55,293 nt of DNA from an uncultured Nitrospirota bacterium (lineage in GTDB: Bacteria; Nitrospirota; Thermodesulfovibrionia; Thermodesulfovibrionales; CALJEL01). Numbering within the stretch: the first letter of the stretch is position 1; every line of letters starts with the position of its first letter. The notes under the pieces were generated by a model. It was not told the DNA's origin and ran no database searches. It saw only the letters and a program-made list of their open reading frames with translations. Made by a program: the position numbers and the translations under genes. Location: contig CAMTWD010000070.1 of NCBI GenBank assembly GCA_947085365.1, positions 1 through 55,293 of the forward strand, read 5' to 3'. Below, one piece after another: positions 1 to 7,301 of this stretch.

Positions 1-192
1 CAGCTTTCTCATTGCCTCATAATGCCAGTGTTTAAGCATTCTGCCTGATACTGCCGGAGCTTCTTGTCTCATACCATCTTCGTCAAGGAACTCCATTATT
101 CTTATGTCAGTCACATTCCCTGCTACTGCCTCATTGTTGAGGTCGTGGACATTTAACTGAGTTTTTACTGCAAAAGTTACAAATTTAAGCAT
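1..192 (-). CDS. cas7: Cas7 (type I Cascade backbone subunit, DevR/Cst2-like), 5' fragment; the gene continues past the window start
   Basis: Not in the ORF track because it is open-ended. ATG at 192-190 has AGGAGG 6 nt upstream. All 64 codons to position 1 are open. Translation MLKFVTFAVKTQLNVHDLNNEAVAGNVTDIRIMEFLDEDGMRQEAPAVSGRMLKHWHYEAMRKL shows the Cas7 N-terminal pattern. Confidence 0.65.
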   Translation of the reverse strand, partial: MLKFVTFAVKTQLNVHDLNNEAVAGNVTDIRIMEFLDEDGMRQEAPAVSGRMLKHWHYEAMRKL

Positions 193-202
193 ATGACACC
201 TC

Positions 203-553
203 CTATTTTAATGATCTTTCCCTTATTTTATTTTCTTCAATAATTATAAATTTGTTTTCTAAATCAAAAACCTTCTCAAAAACTTTAATAAGGTTGTCCT
301 TTATAAGATTTAAAGATTCAGGATGTATCCTTAAAAGAATAACACCGTTGCTTTTCTTTCCTTCTTTTACAACCAGTTCTCCGAAATCCTTGTCAAAGGT
401 AATTAGAATCCTTTTTTCCTTTGCAGATAAATTTAAGACATCCAAATCTTTCATTCCTTTTTTTACTTCATCAACCCTCAAAATATCATGACCTAATTTT
501 CTTAATTCCATTATCACGCCCATAGGAAGATTTTCGTTAGCAAGGAATTTCAT
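203..553 (-). CDS. PIN-like DUF5615 (Mut7-C-like) protein, putative toxin of a DUF433/DUF5615 pair
   Basis: 116 aa. MKFLANENLP...ILITFDKDFGELV resembles DUF5615. The start overlaps the stop of the DUF433 gene by 4 nt. Confidence 0.6.
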   Translation of the reverse strand: MKFLANENLPMGVIMELRKLGHDILRVDEVKKGMKDLDVLNLSAKEKRILITFDKDFGELVVKEGKKSNGVILLRIHPESLNLIKDNLIKVFEKVFDLENKFIIIEENKIRERSLK

Positions 554-798
554 AAAACAAAAACCTTCTCCTCTTTCAAAATTTCAAGGCTATACTCTAT
601 GGCAGCGAGGATGTCTTCTTTTTGAAGTTGAGGGTAGTTTTTTAAAATTTCTTCTGTGCTCCATCCAGAAGCAAGAAGTTCAAGAATAAACTCTACTGAA
701 ATCCTTGTGCCTTTTATAATCGGTTTACCCACCAAGACCTCGGGATTTATTTCTATTCTATCCTTGTATCGCATTGGAAACCTCCTGGATAGGCTCAA
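550..798 (-). CDS. DUF433 protein, putative antitoxin
   Basis: IEINPEVLVGKPIIKGTRISVEFILELLASGWSTEEILKNYPQLQKEDILAAIEY is the DUF433 signature. The likely true start is the internal Met (MRYKD) at 774. Confidence 0.65.
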   Translation of the reverse strand: MSLSRRFPMRYKDRIEINPEVLVGKPIIKGTRISVEFILELLASGWSTEEILKNYPQLQKEDILAAIEYSLEILKEEKVFVL

Positions 799-2224
799 TC
801 TTTATTGTTTTATAAGACTCAAAGCTAAATGCAAGTAAATATAGAGTCGTGATGACTTGGTGAAAAGATTCTTCATCTGACTGCATTATGTGATTAATCT
901 GTTCAATATCATCTGGATGCGGAAGATGAGGAGGATTCCCATTTGGTTTATTTTTTTCCTGGTCATATCTTAATTTCGCTTCTCTTATCAATTTCTCAAA
1001 TATCTCTCTTACATCTTTGAACGTTTTGGCATTTCTTAAGCCATCTGCAAAAGAATAATTTTGATGGTCCTTATTCCAGACAAAATAGCCTAAGGTTTTT
1101 GCGATAGACCTTACTGCTTTGTTTTTAATTATCTCTTCCTTAATCATTCCAACCTCCTTTAAAAGATATTTTGCTGTTTCTGGGTATAAAAGATTAACAT
1201 AGTTATTTGTTGATGTTTCTTGCACATAAAGGCGGGCAAATTTGGGTAAATTTTTCTTCTCCGAATACTCCAGAATGTTAGTTATTTCAACTAATGATGA
1301 TATTTTGGGCGAATCACTTAATAATTTTATTATCGTAGCAGAATTATACGGTGAGTCCGAAATGAACTTTGAAAACGGTAAAGCATTTACAAAAGCAGTC
1401 TGCTCAACTACTGTGTCTCCTCTGTTATCTTTGGATAACAATGATAAATGAAATTTCAATTTTAATTCATTGACTATATCACTCAAAGAGGGAACTTTTG
1501 CTAAAAGACCGATAAAAAATGTTCTCAAAGGTTGCAAGTCAGAAAGCCAGAAATTATGCAATGTTTTTTGCAAAGCCAGTAGAAATTGCAAATCATCAGT
1601 TGAAAGATTTTCTTCAGGAATAGGCAATACAATTACATATTTTCTATTTTTCCCTTTACCCAATTGTATATTAAAACCAAAAGAATAAAGTCCCAATACA
1701 GCTAAATACCCACAAATTTCACACAGTCCGAGATTGAATGTATCAGAGCGTTTATCTCTCTCGTAAGGCTTTCCAGCGTGAAAAGAGGAAAGTAATATTA
1801 ATCCGCTTCTTCCACCGAATCTTGGAATTTTATCATGTCCACAAAATGTTTTTCTTTTAAAATCGAAATCTAAAACGGCTCGCTCATTAAATATCTGATG
1901 AAAATTAACATTTTTCCTTTTTAATTCGTTTATAATTTTCTCATCAGCAGAATATTTTGTCTTATCCTTTGCCTTAACTCCTAAATCAAAAAATCTATCT
2001 GCAGATAAAAATCTTTGAAGAAACATTAAAAAAGTATCTGATGCTTTGGTAGAAGAATAATGGTTGTAGGAGACTTGATAAAAACCTTTCTGGGGCACTA
2101 ATTGAACTTCAAACCCTGCCTCTATTCCCACTCTTGCCAGTCCGTAGGCAATTTTGATTTCTAAATCGGGAAAGCCTGTGGCTGGTGTATAAAGAGTTAT
2201 CATTTTATTCCTCTGGTAAATCAA
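758..2224 (-). CDS. cas8: Cas8-like large subunit of a type I (I-B/I-A-like) effector complex; exact family undetermined
   Basis: About 480 aa, sitting between cas3 and cas7 in the operon. It has a Cys cluster (FCGHD...LCEICGY). The assignment rests mainly on position. The Met at 2203 (MITLYTP) has an AGAGGA SD and is the probable start. Confidence 0.45.
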   Translation of the reverse strand: MIYQRNKMITLYTPATGFPDLEIKIAYGLARVGIEAGFEVQLVPQKGFYQVSYNHYSSTKASDTFLMFLQRFLSADRFFDLGVKAKDKTKYSADEKIINELKRKNVNFHQIFNERAVLDFDFKRKTFCGHDKIPRFGGRSGLILLSSFHAGKPYERDKRSDTFNLGLCEICGYLAVLGLYSFGFNIQLGKGKNRKYVIVLPIPEENLSTDDLQFLLALQKTLHNFWLSDLQPLRTFFIGLLAKVPSLSDIVNELKLKFHLSLLSKDNRGDTVVEQTAFVNALPFSKFISDSPYNSATIIKLLSDSPKISSLVEITNILEYSEKKNLPKFARLYVQETSTNNYVNLLYPETAKYLLKEVGMIKEEIIKNKAVRSIAKTLGYFVWNKDHQNYSFADGLRNAKTFKDVREIFEKLIREAKLRYDQEKNKPNGNPPHLPHPDDIEQINHIMQSDEESFHQVITTLYLLAFSFESYKTIKIEPIQEVSNAIQG

Positions 2225-2588
2225 AATATTCTCTTATAATCTTTCTTATCTTTTCCATTATTTTTATACATTCCTCAGCTTCGTCTTTTGACACTTCGTA
2301 GCCAGGATATCTTATGTCTACAGCATAGGTTGAAAGCATAGTTAATTCTTTTCTATATTCTTGTAAATTTGGTAAAAATTTTACACAATCCTTAAGTAGA
2401 ATGTTTAAATCGTGGATTTTTTCAAACTCAATATTGTTCTCTTGTAGTATCGCCTTCATGTATTTTTCAACACATTGTTGAGCATGAAAACAAATTACAG
2501 ATAAAAGTTTCATCTCTGGTTTTAATTTATTAACTGCCAAATAATCTTCTTCTGCTTTTTGAATCCACTCTTCAGTAGATTTTTTCAT
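2205..2588 (-). CDS. HEPN domain protein (partner of the upstream MNT domain)
   Basis: 127 aa. WIQKAEEDYLAVNKL...FHAQQCVEKYMKAIL...IHDLNILL...AVDIRYPG is the HEPN (PF05168-like) pattern. The start overlaps the stop of the HD-MNT gene (ATGA). Confidence 0.7.
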   Translation of the reverse strand: MKKSTEEWIQKAEEDYLAVNKLKPEMKLLSVICFHAQQCVEKYMKAILQENNIEFEKIHDLNILLKDCVKFLPNLQEYRKELTMLSTYAVDIRYPGYEVSKDEAEECIKIMEKIRKIIREYFDLPEE

Positions 2589-3661
2589 AAAACTCTCCCG
2601 TCTCTTAAAATTTTCTTTATAAAAAAATCTCCCATTTCTATTCTTTCTTCTATTTGTTGGGGTGTTCTCACTATAATATCTATCGGAATCGTGTCTTCAA
2701 GTTCATAACGAATTAAAGCAGCCTGTTTTCTCACAGGAATGTCTGTATCCATTATTACAAGTAAATCTATATCACTACTCCTTTTAGGAGTTCCATATGC
2801 ATAAGAACCAAAAAGAATTATTTTTTGAGGATTAAACTTTTCTTTTATCTTTTTTGCAATTGCTCTAATTTGCAGGTTATCAACATATCTTTTTATATTC
2901 TCAACCATTAACCATCCTCCGTAGTAGTCTTTATCAGGATCTTTTTGATATTCCTTTCTTTCAGTGGCAGCAGAGACATCGCATAATTTCAATATGTGGT
3001 GACATAAAGAAGCCTGAATTCTTTTTTTGTGCTGTTCAATGATGCGATCTCCTTTTGCCCATTTTCTTAAACCACGCGCCATTTCTTTTAAATCAGATAC
3101 AGTCAATTTATCATAGCCTTCAGGAAATATTTCTCTATCCAATTCTTTGAGATTATCTTCCCATACAATATTTCCATTAAAATCCACAATCCCCTCCAGT
3201 ATTGCCTGCACGTCTGGTCTTTCAATATTGTCCCCTAAAAGTCCTTTGTCTGTATGGTGAATGGCAACTGCGAAACTTACAGGGTTTTTGATGTCATCAG
3301 GAAGAATTTTCCAAAGATAACCTGCACCAATAGAAGCATGAGAAGGAAGAGGTTTATTAGTTCCTATATTTTCCTGCCATTTTTGTATAAGTTTTCCAAT
3401 GTCATGAAACTTTATCATTTTAGAAAGAGCATCTTTTATAATAGATTCATCTTGGATACCAAGTATGCGTTTTAATGTAGGAATGAATACAGGACAGACG
3501 ACTTCAAATTTTTCCATACACCGTTTTATATGGTCTGTATAATTTTCGTTAGGAGCGCTATATAATAAAACACTCATCAGGACAAACCCCCACTTCTTTT
3601 TTATAATATGCTCCATATAGCAAATAGACTCTGAATGGACCAACCCTTTTATCTTTCTCAT
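2585..3661 (-). CDS. cas3'': Cas3'' HD nuclease fused C-terminally to a minimal nucleotidyltransferase (MNT) domain
   Basis: The N-terminal part carries Cas3 HD motifs FHDIGK, SHASIGA, AIHHTDKG and LKLCDVSAA. The C-terminal ~100 aa carry ILFGSYAYGTPKRSSDIDLLVI...IDIIV (pol-beta-type NTase GS...DxD). The first 28 codons overlap cas3, so the probable start is MSVLLY at 3577. Confidence 0.7.
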   Translation of the reverse strand: MRKIKGLVHSESICYMEHIIKKKWGFVLMSVLLYSAPNENYTDHIKRCMEKFEVVCPVFIPTLKRILGIQDESIIKDALSKMIKFHDIGKLIQKWQENIGTNKPLPSHASIGAGYLWKILPDDIKNPVSFAVAIHHTDKGLLGDNIERPDVQAILEGIVDFNGNIVWEDNLKELDREIFPEGYDKLTVSDLKEMARGLRKWAKGDRIIEQHKKRIQASLCHHILKLCDVSAATERKEYQKDPDKDYYGGWLMVENIKRYVDNLQIRAIAKKIKEKFNPQKIILFGSYAYGTPKRSSDIDLLVIMDTDIPVRKQAALIRYELEDTIPIDIIVRTPQQIEERIEMGDFFIKKILRDGRVL

Positions 3662-5228
3662 CTATCTTTCTTTCGTTACCCAATATATCATTAACCACAA
3701 GTTTGTGTTTATTTTCCTTCTCATCGTATTCCCACTTCATCTCCCATCTTATATAGTTTTCTTTAAAATACTTCCATATCACTCCAACATCTACATCTAA
3801 TGAATGTTCCTTTAAATAATCCGGATTATTCTCTAAAAACTTCTTTATTTCTTCTTTTTTATTCATTACCGATTCTGGTAATACTACTAAAGTTGCTGGT
3901 TTACCATCTCTCAACTGTATATTTTTCGGCTCAGTATCTGCATACAAAACGCATTCATAAAGGTCAATCAATGTATCTGCTGCTTCAAAGTCATTGGCTT
4001 TATAATCAAGGAGATTTACAAATTCACAGGCTGCAGTGAAGTTTTTTATATCAAACTTAGAATTTTTCGTTAACCAATCCAGAGTTATATCAATATGTGC
4101 TTTTTCATAAGGCTTGTAACTTTTCTTTTCGTTCTCCAATGGGAAAATAATCATCTCGCCTTTTTCTCCTTCATATCTTGCACATCTTCCTGCCCTTTGA
4201 ACCAGACAATCTGCTGGAGCAATCTCTGTAAGAAGCAGTTCTGCTGAGAAATCTATACCTGCTTCAAGAACCTGCGTTGATACAACTATTCCTACACCTT
4301 CTGGAATAATCATTTTCCCATCTTTTTTATGAGGAATTAATGAAAGGGCTTTCTCTTCGTGCTCTTTTCTGTCAGCCCTTGTAAATCTTGAATGTAAAAG
4401 AACAATTTCATCATCCTTTAGTTCCAGTATATTTTTCAACTCTTCATAAACTATCTGCGCTCTTTTTACCTGATTAAGGACAATAAGGGTTTTTTTGTTT
4501 TTAATTTTTTCCAGCAATTCTTGTGAAATATTAACATTTCCTTGTTCATATAATGGGAAATCAGATAAAGAAATTTTAAGTTCAGAATTTACCACAACAT
4601 CACCTTTTATGATGTTAGAAGACTTTATGTGTATATTTTCAAAAAGACTATTCTTCAAACCTTCAGGCATAGTCGCTGTCATCAAAACAAAAGGGATTTT
4701 ACTTTCATACAGAATCTCCATTAAAGCACGCATTATAGAAAAGGTAAACTCATCCCTGTACATATGCGCCTCGTCAAAAACAACAAGGGAGGAAGCAATA
4801 GAGCCAGCAGGAATATCTAAATGATGACCAACCTGATGACTTGACCTTGCAAATCCGTAAAGAAACTGGTCGAGTGTCGTAACAACTATATCAGCAATAA
4901 AAAAGGGAGCGTTCGGAACATCTCCATGTTGAATTTCAACCTGAATAAACGGTGAGATTTTCTGTGCATATTTTCTTATTCTTTCAGCCACACTGTTTAC
5001 CAGAACCCTCATGGGCAAAACATAGATTAAACGGGGAGCAATTGAGAAATTGTTAGTAATAAACTGTTCCAAAAATGGAGCTATTATTGCCTCAGTCTTT
5101 CCAGACCCAGTGGGTGCTTTTATTAGCAATGGAAACCCTCCATTTTTAACTGCTTCCCATACATCTTTTTGATGTTCAAATGGCTCATGAATTTGGAGAT
5201 ATGTTGCATAAAATTCTTTAATATCCAT
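3558..5228 (-). CDS. cas3: Cas3 (Cas3') SF2 helicase
   Basis: Helicase motifs KAPTGSGKTEA, VFDEAHMY, MTATMP and QRAGRCAR; 556 aa. It sits between cas6 and the HD gene. Confidence 0.85.
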   Translation of the reverse strand: MDIKEFYATYLQIHEPFEHQKDVWEAVKNGGFPLLIKAPTGSGKTEAIIAPFLEQFITNNFSIAPRLIYVLPMRVLVNSVAERIRKYAQKISPFIQVEIQHGDVPNAPFFIADIVVTTLDQFLYGFARSSHQVGHHLDIPAGSIASSLVVFDEAHMYRDEFTFSIMRALMEILYESKIPFVLMTATMPEGLKNSLFENIHIKSSNIIKGDVVVNSELKISLSDFPLYEQGNVNISQELLEKIKNKKTLIVLNQVKRAQIVYEELKNILELKDDEIVLLHSRFTRADRKEHEEKALSLIPHKKDGKMIIPEGVGIVVSTQVLEAGIDFSAELLLTEIAPADCLVQRAGRCARYEGEKGEMIIFPLENEKKSYKPYEKAHIDITLDWLTKNSKFDIKNFTAACEFVNLLDYKANDFEAADTLIDLYECVLYADTEPKNIQLRDGKPATLVVLPESVMNKKEEIKKFLENNPDYLKEHSLDVDVGVIWKYFKENYIRWEMKWEYDEKENKHKLVVNDILGNERKIDEKDKRVGPFRVYLLYGAYYKKEVGVCPDECFII

Positions 5229-5231
5229 CTT

Positions 5232-6014
5232 TTAATTTCTCTCCCCTTTCCATTTTACCTCATTGTGTTTTTCCTCCCACACCTCTATACATCCAAAGCC
5301 CTGGCTGTTTTTGGAGCCCAGGCCTGATTCAAAGGCCATCCTGAACAGTTCCTCTGGAAGTTCAAGTTGATAAAGACCATCCCATCCTTTTATCACTGTA
5401 TTCTTGTAGATTACTATCCTCTCATTCCTTGAACTGACCCTGTAGGGCTTCACGCTTCCGCCCTCAATATCCCTGCCCGTCCATGTTCGGACCTTCCTCT
5501 GGAGATTCCTGATTATGAGGGATTCAAAATCCTTCTCAAAGGGATTGTAGTAATAGGTCTTCTTTCTGCCATCAGGTGTAAGGAGGGTGCTGTAAACAGT
5601 AATTGGAGAAATCGCCTTAACAATGATTTTTTCTTTATAGGCTGGGACAGGCTCAACCTCTACAGCTACAGGTGTCAATGTCTCTCCTGCAAGACAGACG
5701 GTTCCCCATCTCAAGAGATTTGACGCAAAGGACTGAAGAAATTCGTTTAGAGGAGAAGATATTATAACTGTGATAGATCCTTGAAGAAATATCCTACCAT
5801 CTTCCACTCTGGCACCCTTCTCGGGTATGAGGCGAGAAAAGGTGAAGAGTTTTATCCTTCTTTTACTCAATGGATCCTTGTGGCCTGAATCGTGTATCTT
5901 CTTTGAAAGGTATTCATCAAGGTGTCTGTAAATAAAGGCTTGAACAACACCATTATAATGGCATGGAAGGATAAGATAGGATTTCTCAGGTTGAAATCTT
6001 ATCTTAAGCCTCAA
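5232..6014 (-). CDS. cas6: Cas6 CRISPR RNA endoribonuclease
   Basis: 260 aa with FTFSRL and the C-terminal glycine-rich motif GLGSKNSQGFGCIEV. TTG start has an AAGGAGGG SD. Its GC is clearly higher than that of cas3. Confidence 0.85.
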   Translation of the reverse strand: MRLKIRFQPEKSYLILPCHYNGVVQAFIYRHLDEYLSKKIHDSGHKDPLSKRRIKLFTFSRLIPEKGARVEDGRIFLQGSITVIISSPLNEFLQSFASNLLRWGTVCLAGETLTPVAVEVEPVPAYKEKIIVKAISPITVYSTLLTPDGRKKTYYYNPFEKDFESLIIRNLQRKVRTWTGRDIEGGSVKPYRVSSRNERIVIYKNTVIKGWDGLYQLELPEELFRMAFESGLGSKNSQGFGCIEVWEEKHNEVKWKGERN

Positions 6015-6075
6015 AATCCCTCCTTGAAGGATAAATTAATTAATTTAATAATCTGATGTCAAGCCCAGTGGGCTT

Positions 6076-6090
6076 ACAATCGTGATGCCA
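6076..6090 (-). promoter_or_regulatory. sigma54-type -24/-12 element upstream of cas6 (TGGCATcacgaTTGT)
   Basis: Minus strand reads CTGGCATCACGATTGT. GG and TTG are at canonical spacing; the -12 C is replaced by T. It lies 76 nt upstream of the cas6 start. Confidence 0.35.
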
Positions 6091-6148
6091 GGTTATATCA
6101 GGGGGTGAAAAGGTATTCCCTCCAAAATATCCCTTTGCCGAGTATCTA

Positions 6149-6162
6149 CTGTTACCTCGCCA
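6149..6162 (-). repeat. Dispersed repeat copy (variant ATGGCGAGGTAACAG on the minus strand)
   Basis: Plus strand ctgttacctcgcca. This is the leftmost copy, in the flgL-cas6 intergenic region. Confidence 0.7.
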
Positions 6163-6235
6163 TTTATCGGGATTGGAAACTAAGCAGTGTAAATAGTCCT
6201 CGTCTGAGAAGTGCCGGAGAAGAGGTAAAGTGATC

Positions 6236-7297
6236 TTATTTCAGGAAGTCCAGAAGAGAGCTTGAGAGGACCTTTATTGATGCAATCCTGAGGGCCTCAA
6301 GGCTCGTCTCTGCCTTTTTTATCTCAACAGCAACCTCTGTGAGATCGGCATCCTCTGTCTTTGAAAGATTGTTCTTAAGGGTATTCAGGATGGTCTTTGT
6401 CCTCTCTGTCTCATCCTTGAGGAATGCCCTTCTCGTGGCAAGTTCTGTCTGCCTCTGCAGGACTTGTGTCCGTGCATCGTCTATGATTGGGGCGAGGGCC
6501 TCAATGCGATGCATCGCCCTTGTCTCGCCAATGGATGTGCCATCCAGATCCTCGTATCTCCAGGCATGGCTCAGGAGATTCGCTATCTCCATTATATTTC
6601 TCACTGCAAAGATATCGTGCGCTGGATGAAGGGGGTCACCAATCTCAATAGTGATGGTATTTATCCCTGTAGAGGGGTCATAACTCTGGATATATCTTAC
6701 TGGTGTGCCATCAGATAGATTTGAGGGGATTGATCCCTTGAGAACAAGACTGAAGATCTTTGAGCCAGGTATATTTACTGAAACAGTGGTTGAATTATTA
6801 ACAGGAATCCCCATCTCACCAAGATCACCCTGATAATCATAGGCGAATGTTGAAGGATTGTAGATGAAGGCCTCTCTGTCCGTCCTGAAGCCAGAGAATA
6901 TAAATCTATCTAAGAACCTTGAATTCACAAGTGCGTAAAGGGAGTCCCTCAACAGACCTGCCCGCTGAGAGTTAAATTCCCTTGCCATTGAATCCTGTGG
7001 ATTGATACCTGAGGAGGTGAGTTTTCTGAGCTCCAAAAGGGTATCGGCCACCGAACCTAATACCTTATCAGTAAATTCGAACTGAAGGTCTCCTCTATTA
7101 ATATTTCTGAGATACTGTTCCCTAAGGGATATCTCAATCTTGTAATCAATTGATCTTGAGGTAGATATTACATCATCAGAGGGCTTCAGTATCTTTTTGC
7201 CTGTGGCAAGCTCATCATTTCTTCTGGAAAGCTCCTGAAGGACATCCTGAAGACCCTTCCTGATCTGTTCATATATTATAAGTGAGGATATCCTCAC
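6236..7297 (-). CDS. flgL: Flagellar hook-associated protein 3 (FlgL)
   Basis: MRISSLIIYEQIRKGLQ...LATGKKILKPSDD N-terminus and a flagellin-like C-terminal helix. It follows flgK. Confidence 0.85.
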   Translation of the reverse strand: MRISSLIIYEQIRKGLQDVLQELSRRNDELATGKKILKPSDDVISTSRSIDYKIEISLREQYLRNINRGDLQFEFTDKVLGSVADTLLELRKLTSSGINPQDSMAREFNSQRAGLLRDSLYALVNSRFLDRFIFSGFRTDREAFIYNPSTFAYDYQGDLGEMGIPVNNSTTVSVNIPGSKIFSLVLKGSIPSNLSDGTPVRYIQSYDPSTGINTITIEIGDPLHPAHDIFAVRNIMEIANLLSHAWRYEDLDGTSIGETRAMHRIEALAPIIDDARTQVLQRQTELATRRAFLKDETERTKTILNTLKNNLSKTEDADLTEVAVEIKKAETSLEALRIASIKVLSSSLLDFLK

Positions 7298-7301
7298 GGT
7301 T

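Noticed and set aside
3578-3661. N-terminal extension of the HD-MNT ORF overlapping cas3 by about 100 nt
   Set aside because: The extension overlaps the cas3 3' end. The internal Met at 3577 (MSVLLY) leaves a normal short overlap.
6160-6200. CCCGATAA on the minus strand as a sigma28 -10 box for cas6
   Set aside because: No TAAA lies 15-16 nt upstream, and the first base deviates from GCCGATAA.
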